This document shows, one piece after another, positions 8,345-19,681 of a DNA stretch of 64,000 nt; position 1 is the first letter of the stretch, and each line of letters opens with the position of its first letter. The translations under genes and the position numbers were made by a program. Below the pieces are notes generated by a model, which was not told the origin of the DNA, made no database searches, and was given only the letters and a program-made list of their open reading frames with translations. The stretch comes from Candidatus Eiseniibacteriota bacterium (lineage in GTDB: Bacteria; Eisenbacteria; RBG-16-71-46): NCBI GenBank assembly GCA_963744995.1, contig CAVUWA010000010.1, positions 576,001 through 640,000 of the forward strand, read 5' to 3'.

Positions 8345-11058
8345 CGCCACGTCTCCCGTGGCGCTTTCGTGCGGATCCGCCCCACGCTCAGCGCGCGCGC
8401 TGCGGGCGAATCCTTCATCGGCAGCACGGTGCGGCGTGTGCCGTCGAAGGCGCAGAGCGCGCCCGCGACCGCCGCGGCGGTCGGCACGAGTCCGATCTCG
8501 CCGAGTCCCTTGGCGCCGAACGGCCCCTCGGGCTCCGGCACCTCGACCAGGATCACTTCGACCTCCGGCATGTCGCGCGCCTTGAGGACCCCCAGCTGGT
8601 AGCGCGAGAAGGTCACCGGCATGCCGTCCGCGCACGGCAGCTCCTCGCTGAGCGCGTAGCCGAGCCCCATGTGCACGGCGCCCTGGATCTGGCCTTCGCA
8701 CAGCAGCGGATTGATCGCGCGGCCGACGTCGTGCGCGGCGATCACGCGCTCGAGCTTCCCTTCGTCATCGAGCACACAGAGCTGGGTCGCGAAACCATAC
8801 GTGGTGTGGGTCTTGACGGGGCCCGGCGCGCCGATCGGCGTGGTGTCGTCCACGACCTCGTCGGCGGCGTAGACGCTCCCGGCGAGGTCGGCGAGCGTAC
8901 GGCCGGCGAGCAGGTCGGTGCGCAGCTTCTCCGCAGCGCTCTTCACCGCGCGCCCGGCGAACAGCGTCGCGCGCGAGCCGGTGGTCTGCCCGCAGCCGAG
9001 CGCGAACGTCGAGTTCACCGTCGGCCGGAACGTGGCCGCGGGGAGCCCGGTGACCTCCGCCGCGATCTGCGTGACGATCGTGAACAGGCCCTGCCCCATC
9101 TCGGTGAAGCCCTGATGAATCGACACGGTGCCGTCCGGCTCCACCACCAGCCGCGCCTTGCCCCACTCGACGGCGCCGTTGCCGAGTCCGGTGTTCTTGA
9201 GCCCGCACGCGATCCCCACCGCACGGCCCGCGGCGTGCAGCGCGTACCAGCGCTCCTTCACGGCGAGCAGCGTGGCGCGGATGCCCACCGACTTGTCGAG
9301 CACCTGCCCGGTGGTGAGCATGTCGCCGGGTTCGATCGCGTTCCTCCAGCGGATCTCCCAGGGATCGAGGCCCGCCAGCTCCGCGAGCCGGTCGAGCGCG
9401 CCCTCGATCGCGAACGCCGCCTGGTTCGCGCCGAAGCCGCGCATCGCGCCGCACGGCGGGTTGTTCGTATAGACGGCCCGAGCCTCGACGTCCACCGCCG
9501 GCACCCGGTACGGCCCGCACGCATGCCCCGCGGCACGCTCGAGCACCTTGGCGCCCACGGAGGCATAGGCCCCCGAGTCGCCGAGCATGCGCGCGCGCAC
9601 GGCGGTGAGCCGGCCTTCCGGGTCACAGCCGGCCGCGAGCTCGATCGTGATCGGATGGCGCTTGGGATGGCGGCGGATCGACTCCTTCCGATCGAGCGCC
9701 AGTTTGACCGGCCGGCCGGTCGCCCGCGCGAGCAGCGCCGCGTGCGCCTGCACCGACAGATCCTCCTTGCCGCCGAAGGCGCCGCCGTTCGGCACCAGCT
9801 CGATCGATACGCGCGCCTCGGCCACGCCGAGCACGCGGGCCACCTGGCGGCGATCGTCGAACACGCCCTGCCCCTGCGTGTAGAGGTGCATCGCGCCGTC
9901 CTCGAGCGGCACCGCGAGCGCGCACTCGGGCTCCACGAACAGGTGCTCGATGCGCTGCGTGTGCCACGTCCCGGTGACCACGTGCGCACTCGCGGCGAGC
10001 GCCGCGTCGGCGTCACCGCGGCGGATCACCGTGTGCGAGAGCAGGTTCTCGTGTTCGGGGTTCACGCGCGGCGCGGCGGGCTCGAGCGCGGACGCCGGGT
10101 CCAGAACCGGCGCCAGCGGCTCGAGCTCCACCGTGACCAGCGCCGCGGCCGCGCGCGCCTGGGCCTCGCTGTCCGCAGCCACGATCGCGAGCACGTCGCC
10201 CACGCAGCGCACCTCCTCGCCCTCCGCGACGAGCACCGGCCAGTCGTCGAGGATCAGGCCGTTCAGAGGCTCGCCGGGCACGTCACGCGCGCTGAGCGCG
10301 GCGCGCACGCCGGGCGCCGCGAGCGCCGGGGCCACGTCGACGCGCCGCACCTTCGCCCGCGCGTGCGGGGACAGCACCACGGCGCCGTGGAGCATGCCGG
10401 GCAAAGCGAGGTCGTCCACGTACGGCGCCTCGCCGAGCACGTGGCGCGTGGCGTCGTAGCGCACCATGCGCGCGCCCACGCCGCCGTCCGCGAGCGGCTC
10501 GAGCGCGGGCGCGCCGCGCCGTTCGGCGGCGATCCGCTCGACGGCATCGATGATCCGGAGATAGCCGGTGCAGCGGCACAGGTGCTCGTCGAGCGCTTCG
10601 GCGATCGCCCGTCTGGACGGCGTCGGGTCGCGCTCGAGCAGATGATGCGCGCGCACGACGATGCCCGGAATGCAGAAACCGCACTGCAGCGCCCCGCTGG
10701 CCGCGAAGACGCGGGCGAACCGTGCGCGCGCCGCCTCCGGCAGTCCCTCCACCGTGCGCACGTCGAGTCCTTCGCACGCGGCCGCCGGGATCGTGCACGT
10801 CGAGCGCGGCGCGCCGTCCACCAGGGCCACGCACGCGCCGCACTGGCCGAGCGGCTGACAGCCGCGCTTGGGCGAGCGGATGCCGAGCTGCAGGCGCAGC
10901 AGATCGAGCAGCGACTCGCCCGCGTGCGCCTCGAGGTCGTGCGGCGCGCCGTTGACGGTCAGGCGCACGGGCCGTGCCGGAGCGCGCGGAGGAGCGCCGT
11001 CCGCGGCCGTGTGGCGCGGCTCGCGGTCCCGCACGACCGGCTCGACCTCGTCGGACAC
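8341..11058 (-). CDS. xdhD: Xanthine dehydrogenase-family molybdenum hydroxylase, fused 2x[2Fe-2S] + Mo-binding subunit (XdhD/selenium-dependent Xdh type)
   Basis: 'KRGC...GQCGAC', 'QCGFCIPG', 'HLCRCTGY', 'GGAFGGKED', 'GAMRGFG', 'GPFGAKGLGE'. Confidence 0.9.
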   Translation of the reverse strand: MSDEVEPVVRDREPRHTAADGAPPRAPARPVRLTVNGAPHDLEAHAGESLLDLLRLQLGIRSPKRGCQPLGQCGACVALVDGAPRSTCTIPAAACEGLDVRTVEGLPEAARARFARVFAASGALQCGFCIPGIVVRAHHLLERDPTPSRRAIAEALDEHLCRCTGYLRIIDAVERIAAERRGAPALEPLADGGVGARMVRYDATRHVLGEAPYVDDLALPGMLHGAVVLSPHARAKVRRVDVAPALAAPGVRAALSARDVPGEPLNGLILDDWPVLVAEGEEVRCVGDVLAIVAADSEAQARAAAALVTVELEPLAPVLDPASALEPAAPRVNPEHENLLSHTVIRRGDADAALAASAHVVTGTWHTQRIEHLFVEPECALAVPLEDGAMHLYTQGQGVFDDRRQVARVLGVAEARVSIELVPNGGAFGGKEDLSVQAHAALLARATGRPVKLALDRKESIRRHPKRHPITIELAAGCDPEGRLTAVRARMLGDSGAYASVGAKVLERAAGHACGPYRVPAVDVEARAVYTNNPPCGAMRGFGANQAAFAIEGALDRLAELAGLDPWEIRWRNAIEPGDMLTTGQVLDKSVGIRATLLAVKERWYALHAAGRAVGIACGLKNTGLGNGAVEWGKARLVVEPDGTVSIHQGFTEMGQGLFTIVTQIAAEVTGLPAATFRPTVNSTFALGCGQTTGSRATLFAGRAVKSAAEKLRTDLLAGRTLADLAGSVYAADEVVDDTTPIGAPGPVKTHTTYGFATQLCVLDDEGKLERVIAAHDVGRAINPLLCEGQIQGAVHMGLGYALSEELPCADGMPVTFSRYQLGVLKARDMPEVEVILVEVPEPEGPFGAKGLGEIGLVPTAAAVAGALCAFDGTRRTVLPMKDSPAARALSVGRIRTKAPRETWR

Positions 11059-11061
11059 CGG

Positions 11062-12636
11062 TCAGGCTCCGTCGCCCGCGACGAACGTTCCCGGGAACCG
11101 GGCGAGGAACGCGATCGCGTGCTGCAGTTCGCGCAGGTCCACGCACTCCCCGATCTTGTGCGTGTTCTGCTCGATGCCCGGGCCGAGTCCGAACATCGCC
11201 GGATGGGTGAAGGCTTCGGTGCTCACCCAGCGTTTCGACCCGGGCACCCGGATCTCGCGCTGGTCGACCGGCACCGGGAAGCCGACCCCGTCGGTCGAGA
11301 ACACCCAGCGCGACACGCGCGGCTCGCGCCGCAGTGCGCCGCCGTCTTCGCTGGTCTCGCCGACGTACGGCGAGACCACGCGCCGGTACGCCGACTCCGC
11401 GGCGCGGATCGCGGGATGATCGGCCGGCGTCTCCCAGCCCATGTAGATCTGCGGGTTGCCGGGCACGAACCGGGTCCACGTCGGCTGCTCGTAGCGGGGC
11501 ACCGCGACCTCGACGTGCAGCCCGGCGGCCCGCGCCGTGCGGACCGCATCCAGGCCCTCGATGTCGGCCAGCGCCTGCTCCGGGGTCTCGCCCACCGTGA
11601 GACGCCGGTCGAAGCGGAACGTGAACCGCTCCGGAACCGCGCAGTCGCTCGGCGTCTCCAGCGTCGCGAACGAGGCCGTGCGCGTGCCGCGGCCGAGGAA
11701 CGGATGGTCGAGAAGCCCCTCGCCGCGCGCGGCCCGCGCCGCAGCCTCGGCAAGGATCGCCCCGCCGTGTTCGAGAGGGTTCAGGCCTTCGTGCGGCATC
11801 GAGCCGTGGCACGAGCGGCCGGTCACGCGCACCTCGATCTGCATGCGCCCGCGCTGTCCGCGGTAGATCCCCAGCGCACCGGCGCGCGAGTCCCCGGTGC
11901 CCTCGGTGAGGATCACCACGTCCGGCACGACTTCCGCGGCCGCGCGCGGCAGCACGTGGCGCACGATGTACATGGGACCGCCGCCGTCGTTGTCCTCCTC
12001 GGCGACGGTCGCGTAGCCGTGGATCCGCACGCCGCGCAACGCGCCCTCGGACGCGAGCTGCAGCAGGATCCTCGAGGCGACGATCTGCGCCACCACGCCG
12101 CCGAGCTGATCGGCCGAGCCGCGCCCGAACAGCAGGTGGCTCCATTCGGCGTCGGGCGGCACCCAGCCCAGCTCGCGTCGCAACGCCGCGTGGTCGACGC
12201 GGGCCGGATCGGTCACGCCGTCGTACGCGTCGATCCCGCCGCCCAGCCGTTCGATCCACTGTTCCCGCAACGCGCGCACCGTGTCGCAGTGGCCGTCCCA
12301 GTAGATGACGCGCTTCGTGTCGGCGGGCACGCCGTCGGTCGGATCGTCCAAAATCCAGTGCAGGTTGCCGAACGCGTCGATCTCGACGTCCCGCGGTCCG
12401 CGCACCCCGCCGATCTCGAGCAGCGCGCGGCGCAGGTATTCGATGCGCGGCCCTTCGTGGTTGCTGAGCCCGCTGTCCGGATCGCCGGCGCCGCGGCGCG
12501 CGTGCGCGGCCCCCGGCCCCCGCACGTGGTCGGCGGGAATGCGGATGGCCTCGCGCAGGATGCGCGCGGCGAGGGGCAGAAGATCCGCGGCCTGGGCGGC
12601 GATCTTCGCGTCGAGGGCGGAGCCGGTTCCAATCAT
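11062..12636 (-). CDS. ygeY: YgeY-like M20 family metallo-hydrolase
   Basis: 'DGHCDTV', 'GRGSADQLGG', 'AEEDNDG', 'IYRGQRGR', 'GRSCHGSMP', 'FSTDGV'; operon context. Confidence 0.8.
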   Translation of the reverse strand: MIGTGSALDAKIAAQAADLLPLAARILREAIRIPADHVRGPGAAHARRGAGDPDSGLSNHEGPRIEYLRRALLEIGGVRGPRDVEIDAFGNLHWILDDPTDGVPADTKRVIYWDGHCDTVRALREQWIERLGGGIDAYDGVTDPARVDHAALRRELGWVPPDAEWSHLLFGRGSADQLGGVVAQIVASRILLQLASEGALRGVRIHGYATVAEEDNDGGGPMYIVRHVLPRAAAEVVPDVVILTEGTGDSRAGALGIYRGQRGRMQIEVRVTGRSCHGSMPHEGLNPLEHGGAILAEAAARAARGEGLLDHPFLGRGTRTASFATLETPSDCAVPERFTFRFDRRLTVGETPEQALADIEGLDAVRTARAAGLHVEVAVPRYEQPTWTRFVPGNPQIYMGWETPADHPAIRAAESAYRRVVSPYVGETSEDGGALRREPRVSRWVFSTDGVGFPVPVDQREIRVPGSKRWVSTEAFTHPAMFGLGPGIEQNTHKIGECVDLRELQHAIAFLARFPGTFVAGDGA

Positions 12637-13772
12637 CGTGCGAGTTCCTCCAGCCGGCTGCCGAGGCCGGCGACTTTGGCGACCGCGAGCAGCGCCATGA
12701 TCACGTACACCTTCTTCTGCGCCTGGCGCGCGACGTTCAGCTGATGGCGGCGCATGACGCCGGGCGACACCTCGTCGCCGATGTCGGCGGGCAGACAGTG
12801 CATGTACAACGCGTCGCCGTCCGCGGTCAGCGCCATGCGGCGCTCGTCACAGATCCAGTCGCGGTGCTGCGCGTTGCGCGCCAGCGCACGCGCCTCGATG
12901 CCCTTCATGGCCTCCCGGTCGTGCGCCCGGTTCGCGGCCACGCGCTCGCGCATCAGATCGAGCGGCCCCCAGCTCTTCGGGTACACGATGTCCGCGCCGT
13001 CGAATGCCTCCTCCATCGAGTGGACGGTGCGGAACGAGCCGCCCGATCCCGAGGCGTGGCGCAGCGCCGCCGTGAGCGGCTCGTCGGTCAGGCCGTATCC
13101 CTCCGGGTGCGCGAGCGTCACGTGCGCCCCGTAGCGGGTGAGCAGGCTCACCAGCCCCTGCGGCACCGAGAGCGGCTTCGCATAGCTCGGCGAATACGCC
13201 CAGGTCACCGCGATGCGGCGCCCCTCGAGCGAGCCGAAGCGCTCCTTGAGCCAGGCGAGATCCGCGAGCGTCTGGGTCGGATGGTCCACGTCGCACTGCA
13301 GGTTCACGAGCGGCACCTGCCGCCGGTCGCCGATCGCGCCCAGGTATTCGTCGAGGCCGCGGCGCACGTCGCGCATGAAGGACTGGCCTTCGCCGAGGAT
13401 CAGGTCGTGGCGCACGCCGAGCGCATGGGCGTTCATGCCGAGCATCGCGCCGGTCTCCGCGGCGGTCTCGCCGTGCTCGACCTGCGTGGTGCCGCCGTCC
13501 ACGATCACCGGATGCATGCCGAGCCGGGCCGCCGCGCCCGCCCAGGCCGACTTGGTACGGGTCGAGTTGTCGAAGAACAGAGCGTAGGCGAGCTCGTTCG
13601 GCAGCATGTCGAGCGGACGGCCGGCACGATCCGCCGCCTCGAGCCGTGCGGCCACGGCGAGCAGCGTGTCGAGCTCCTCCGTGCGCCAGTCGGAGGTCAG
13701 CAACAGGCTGCGGCCGTGGAGCGAGTCGACGTGCGCCGCGTCGAGCCCGCCGGAAGCGGTGGTCGGGTTCAT
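12633..13772 (-). CDS. ygeW: YgeW-type (knotted) carbamoyltransferase
   Basis: 'FFDNSTRT', 'NLQCDVDHPTQ', 'WAYSPSYAKPLSVPQG', 'YPKSW', 'YMHCLPADI'. Confidence 0.9.
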   Translation of the reverse strand: MNPTTASGGLDAAHVDSLHGRSLLLTSDWRTEELDTLLAVAARLEAADRAGRPLDMLPNELAYALFFDNSTRTKSAWAGAAARLGMHPVIVDGGTTQVEHGETAAETGAMLGMNAHALGVRHDLILGEGQSFMRDVRRGLDEYLGAIGDRRQVPLVNLQCDVDHPTQTLADLAWLKERFGSLEGRRIAVTWAYSPSYAKPLSVPQGLVSLLTRYGAHVTLAHPEGYGLTDEPLTAALRHASGSGGSFRTVHSMEEAFDGADIVYPKSWGPLDLMRERVAANRAHDREAMKGIEARALARNAQHRDWICDERRMALTADGDALYMHCLPADIGDEVSPGVMRRHQLNVARQAQKKVYVIMALLAVAKVAGLGSRLEELAR

Positions 13773-14752
13773 GCGTTCTCCTTGACGATGCGGGTGCCCG
13801 CGCGGCCCTCGAAGGCCTCGACGAGCGCGCCGGGTGCACAGATCACGACTTCTTCACCGCCGCGCTCCAGGAAGTATGCGGCGGCCTCTACCTTGGGGCC
13901 CATGCTGCCGGGCGGGAACTCGCCCGCGGCGGACAGCGCTTTGATCTCTTCCACCGTCACGCGGCCGAGCGCCTGCGGGTGAGCGGAGTGGAAGTCGCGG
14001 TAGACCGCGTCCACACCGGTGGTGACGAACATGCGGCGCACGCCGAGACGGGCCGCGAGCAGCGCGCTCGCGCGATCCTTGTCGATCACCGCTTCGAGGC
14101 CACGCACGTGCCCGGCGTCGTCGCGCATCACCGGAATCCCGCCGCCGCCGCAGGCGATCACCGTGACGCCGGCGTCCACGAGGCGGCGGATCGTATCGAG
14201 CTGGACGATCCGGATCGGGGCCGGCGACGGCACGACGCGCCGCCAGCCGCGATGCGAATCCTCGGCCATGTCCCAGCCGCGCTCGCGCTGCAGCGCCCCG
14301 GCCTCGTCCTCGGTGTAGAAGCGACCGACCGGCTTCGTCGGCTCCCCGAACGCGCGGTCGTGCGGATCCACTTCGACCTCGGTCACCAGCGTGACGACTT
14401 CGGTATCGAGGCCGCGCCGCCTGAGGCACTCACGCAGGTCGCGCTGGATCATGTAGCCGATCGCGCCCTGCGAATCGGCGACCAGCGAATCGAGCGGAAC
14501 GGGGTGAATGTCCTGGCGCGAGAGCTCGACGCGCAGCTGCATGAATCCTACCTGCGGCCCATTGCCGTGGGTGAGCAGGAGGTGCTCGCCGCGCGCGAGC
14601 ATCTCGGCAATCGGAGCCACCGCGCGGGCGGTGACTTCGAACTGATTCTCCACTGTAGGCGGCCGCGCGGGATCCAGCAGCGAGTTTCCCCCCATCGCGA
14701 TGAGCGTGGGCGGGAAGGATCGCGGCGCGGCACCGACGTTCTCGGAAGACAT
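13769..14752 (-). CDS. arcC: Carbamate kinase
   Basis: 'AMGGNSL', 'THGNGPQVG', 'PTKPVG', 'RRVVPSP', 'CGGGGIPV', 'EAVIDKD', 'GSMGPKV'. Confidence 0.95.
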   Translation of the reverse strand: MSSENVGAAPRSFPPTLIAMGGNSLLDPARPPTVENQFEVTARAVAPIAEMLARGEHLLLTHGNGPQVGFMQLRVELSRQDIHPVPLDSLVADSQGAIGYMIQRDLRECLRRRGLDTEVVTLVTEVEVDPHDRAFGEPTKPVGRFYTEDEAGALQRERGWDMAEDSHRGWRRVVPSPAPIRIVQLDTIRRLVDAGVTVIACGGGGIPVMRDDAGHVRGLEAVIDKDRASALLAARLGVRRMFVTTGVDAVYRDFHSAHPQALGRVTVEEIKALSAAGEFPPGSMGPKVEAAAYFLERGGEEVVICAPGALVEAFEGRAGTRIVKENA

Positions 14753-14798
14753 CAGGCGTTCTCCTCGAATACTGCGTTCGGATGAACGCCGCTTGAAC

Positions 14799-14814
14799 AG
14801 CGAGATTCGTGCCG
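14799..14814 (-). promoter_or_regulatory. Candidate sigma-54 (-24/-12) promoter for the arcC-ygeW-ygeY-xdh-ssnA-ygfK operon
   Basis: The minus strand reads CGGCACGAATCTCGCT (GG-N10-GC; consensus TGGCACG-N4-TTGCW), 47 nt upstream of the arcC ATG. Confidence 0.5.
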
Positions 14815-15045
14815 CGTGCCATGGCCGGCGATCCCCGCGTGAGAAGCCCGTTTACAGGGGCCGCCGAGGACGCGGACGCGTTCCCGGCTGCCGCCGCGGC
14901 AGGGGCACTGCCAGCATGGCAGTCGTGCGGGTGGGCGCGAGCCGCGCGGCCCCGCCCGCCGGCCGGGGTCGCCGTGGCCGGAACCCGATGGGGCGCGCGG
15001 GCGCCGCGCGCGCGGGGCCCGGGCGGGACGCGCCGCCCGGGATGC

Positions 15046-15060
15046 GGGCGCGGATCTTGC
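15046..15060 (+). promoter_or_regulatory. Candidate sigma-54 promoter for the divergent PLP-enzyme pair
   Basis: GGGCGCGGATCTTGC (GG-N10-GC with TTGC), 60 nt upstream of ATG 15121. Confidence 0.4.
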
Positions 15061-15120
15061 CCTCTCCCGCACGTCAGCATCATTCTTCCCATTCGTCGCA
15101 CACCGCAGAGGAAGTTCCAC

Positions 15121-16613
<1,493 letters not shown>

Positions 16614-16617
<4 letters not shown>

Positions 16618-18083
16618 GCGCCCCCGCCGTGCGGCTCACGTGCGCGGGATGCGGGCGCGAAGCGACGGGCCCGTATCCGTTCCGCTGCGTGTCCGCGGAC
16701 GGCGACGACGTGGATCACGTCGTCACGCCGGTGCTCGACCGCGCCCGGCTCGCTTTTCCGGCGCCTGACGGCGCGCGCCCGTTCGTTCGCTTCCGCCGCC
16801 TCACGCACGCCTACGAGCTCGCCACGGCCACGGGCCTGTGCGACGGCGAATTCGTGACGCTGGTCGAGCGACTCGAGGAGCGTGTCGCGGCCGTGGACGG
16901 CCGCATGTTCGAGGCGACGCCGTTCGCCCCGCGGCCGCGGCTGGCCGCGCGCTTCGGTCTCGCGCCCGGGGCGCTGTGGGTCAAGAACGAGACCGTCAAC
17001 GTGTCCGGGACCCACAAGGCGCGCCACCTGTTCGCGATCCTCCTGTACCTCGAGGTCAGCGAGCGTGGCGGACTCGTCACCCGCGCCGAGAACGACCGCC
17101 GCGGGCTCGCGATCGCCAGCTGCGGCAACGCCGCGCTCGCCGCCGCGGTGCTGGCGCGCGCAACCGGGCGACCGCTGTCGGTGTTCATCCCCGAGGACGC
17201 CGATCCGCCCGTCGTCGCGCGGTTGCACGCGCTGGGCGCTGCCGTGCACGTGTGCCCGCGCGACGCCGGCGTGCCGGGCGATCCCACGGTTCGCGCGTTC
17301 CGTCGTGCGGTCGAGGGGGGTGCGATTCCATTCTGCTGCCAGGGCAGCGAGAACGGTCTCAACATCGAAGGCGGCAAGACGCTCGGCTGGGAGATCGCCG
17401 CGGCGCTCGCGGAGGCGGGCGCCGCGCCGCAGCGCTGCTTCGTGCAGGTCGGCGGCGGCGCGCTCGCCAGCGCACTCGTGCAGGGGCTCGAGGACGCGGT
17501 CGCCTTCGGCGTGCTGCCGCGCCTGCCGCGGCTTCACCCCGTGCAGACCTGCGCGGTGCACCCGCTGCGCCGCGCGTGGGAAGGGGTGCGGGCGACCACG
17601 CTGGGCGACGACGCGCCGCCCGGCATGGCGGAGCCGGTGGATCCGTGCGCGGCGCTCGACCTGCGCTCCCTCGCCGCGAGCGACGCGTCATCCGCGGCGC
17701 GCATGTGCGAACCCGCACGCGCAGGCGCGGTGCGCGAAGCCCTCGCAGATGCGCGGCGGCATCGCTCGCGGTTCATGTGGCCGTGGGAGTCGCCGCGGCC
17801 GAGCGCGGCGCATGCGATGCTCGACGATGAGACCTACGACTGGCAGGCGGTCGTCGCCGGCACGATCAGGAGCGGCGGATGGCCGGTCGTGGTGTCCGAG
17901 CCCGTGCTCGCCGAGGCGCGGGCCTGGGCCCACGAGGCGACCGGCATCGCGGTGAGCGCCACGGGCGCCGCCGGGCTCGCCGGTCTCATCGCACTGCGCT
18001 CGGCCGGCGCGATCGGCGACGACGAGAGCGCGGTGCTGCTGTTCACCGGCGCCGAGCGCTCGGACCCGGCCGCCTCGTCCTGA
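16614..18083 (+). CDS. Threonine-synthase-like PLP-dependent enzyme with N-terminal Cys cluster
   Basis: C-terminal part of ORF 14700-18083. TTGA overlap with the upstream stop (GTG 16629 is an alternative start). 'CAGC...FRC', '[14 protein letters not shown]', 'ASCGNAA', '[10 protein letters not shown]', 'VQVGGGAL', 'LLFTG'. Confidence 0.8.
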
Positions 18084-18400
18084 GGCAGCGCAGCGGTCGC
18101 GTGGCGGGCTCAGGCGGGGCCCGCTCGAGCCAGCAACGAGGTCCTGTGCCGCGCCCCCGCGCGTCGACGTCGCCGGGGGACGCCGGCGCGGCTGCCTGCG
18201 GCGGCGCGCCGCGCAGCGGGTTGCACCCTGCACGATCGTGGCGGCACGGCGGGCGGGAAACGAGCCGGGTGGCGACCGCGTTGCGAGAAGCCATTCACCG
18301 GGCGGCACGGGCGCCGGGTATGATGGAAGCCCGCCGCACCGGCCCCCCCGCCCGCCGGTCACGAAGCCCCCCGTGGAGACCGCACTTGAAGGCTGCTCTG

Positions 18401-19528
18401 ATGCCGGCGTGCGCCTGTGCGCTCGCCCTGATGCCCGGGTCCGCCGCCGCGCATCTGCTGGTGACCGAGGTCGGGTACGACCCGGTGATCGAAACCGGTG
18501 CGACCGCCGAGTTCGTGGAGATCCTGAATCCGGGACCCGCGCCGGTGAACCTGGCCGATGTCTGGCTCGCGAACGACGAGGAAGCCTATCCGCTGCTCGT
18601 CAACGGTCCGATCACCTCCGGGATCACCTATGGCGACTTCGTGTACCGGTTTCCCGCCGTCATCCTCGATCCGGGGAGGATCGTCGTCGTATGCCACGAC
18701 AGCGACGCGTTCCTGGCCGAGCACTTCGCGGGCGCGCCGCTCTCGGCGTTCGCCGCACAACCGGGGGAGCCGCTCATGTTCGAAATCACCGACGACGGCG
18801 AGAGCGACGGCGTGCCGGCGATGCTGGACTGGGGAAGCAATCCCGCGCGCACCATGAGCCTGGCCAACAACGGCGAGTGCGTGGGACTCGCCACGTGGGA
18901 CGGAGCGAGCGACCGGGTGCAGGACCTCGACTGGGTCTGCTGGCTCACGGACACCTACATCCCCAACAAGGACGTGGATTTCCCGTTCGGCATCGACGGC
19001 CCCGACCCGGACTACGACGGCAGCTTCTTCCTGGAGGATCTCGGCACCGGCGTCCCGGCGCCGGACGCCGCCGAGGGCCAGTCGATTCACCGCACGCGTC
19101 TCGACGAACCCGGCGAGGCAGCGGGCGGCGGCAACGGCGTGGGCGGCCACGACGAGACCACCGAGGACTGGTCGGGCTGGGAGACCGGTGCGCCGACGCC
19201 GGGGACGAACGCGACCGGCGCGGTCGGCATCGCCGCGCCGCCGGCGGTGTCCACGCTGCGCCTCACCGGTGCGCTGCCCAACCCTTCCCGCGGCACGACG
19301 CGGATCCGCTTCGCCCTTCCCGCCGCCGCGGAGATCGCGCTCAACGTCTACGATGCGGGCGGCCGCCGCATCGCGCGGCTGGCCTGCGGTCCGTTCGGCG
19401 CGGGCGAGCACACCGTCTCCTGGAACGGGCGCACCGCGGCGGATGCGCCCGCGGGCGCAGGTCTGTATTTCATCACGCTCGAATCCCACGGGCTCAGGCG
19501 CGCGGCGAGCTTCGTCCTGCTCCGCTAG
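18401..19528 (+). CDS. Secreted lamin-tail-domain protein with C-terminal FlgD Ig-like domain
   Basis: Signal peptide; 'LLVTEVGYDP...EFVEILN' and 'PTPG' LTD motifs; C-terminal 'PNPS...VYDAGGR...WNG...AGLYF'. Start uncertain (18320 is an alternative). Confidence 0.75.
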   Translation: MPACACALALMPGSAAAHLLVTEVGYDPVIETGATAEFVEILNPGPAPVNLADVWLANDEEAYPLLVNGPITSGITYGDFVYRFPAVILDPGRIVVVCHDSDAFLAEHFAGAPLSAFAAQPGEPLMFEITDDGESDGVPAMLDWGSNPARTMSLANNGECVGLATWDGASDRVQDLDWVCWLTDTYIPNKDVDFPFGIDGPDPDYDGSFFLEDLGTGVPAPDAAEGQSIHRTRLDEPGEAAGGGNGVGGHDETTEDWSGWETGAPTPGTNATGAVGIAAPPAVSTLRLTGALPNPSRGTTRIRFALPAAAEIALNVYDAGGRRIARLACGPFGAGEHTVSWNGRTAADAPAGAGLYFITLESHGLRRAASFVLLR

Positions 19529-19681
19529 CAGCGCTCTGCGGGGAACTCCCGCGCGGGGTTTCATTTCGCGGCGACCGTGTTACATTGCGGCCCTCATGGA
19601 TGAGATCCTCCGCACGTTGCATGCCGCGCCGATGTCGCGCGTCACCGCCGCCCGCTTTCCGGCCATGAGGCGCCCCTCCTG

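Noticed and set aside
11030..11064. ygeY TGA is in frame with xdhD (TGA CCG GTG) and is followed by a hairpin, suggesting a possible Sec read-through fusion
   Set aside because: The UGA lies in an unconserved linker with no redox motif, the apical loop is only about 12 nt from the UGA, and xdhD has its own GGAG RBS.
8671..12744. Very long antisense or alternative-frame ORFs (1357 aa here; also 68-1750, 1198-3468, 51944-54262 and others)
   Set aside because: Shadow ORFs expected at this GC content. They are Arg/Ala/Pro-rich, motif-free and overlap well-supported genes.
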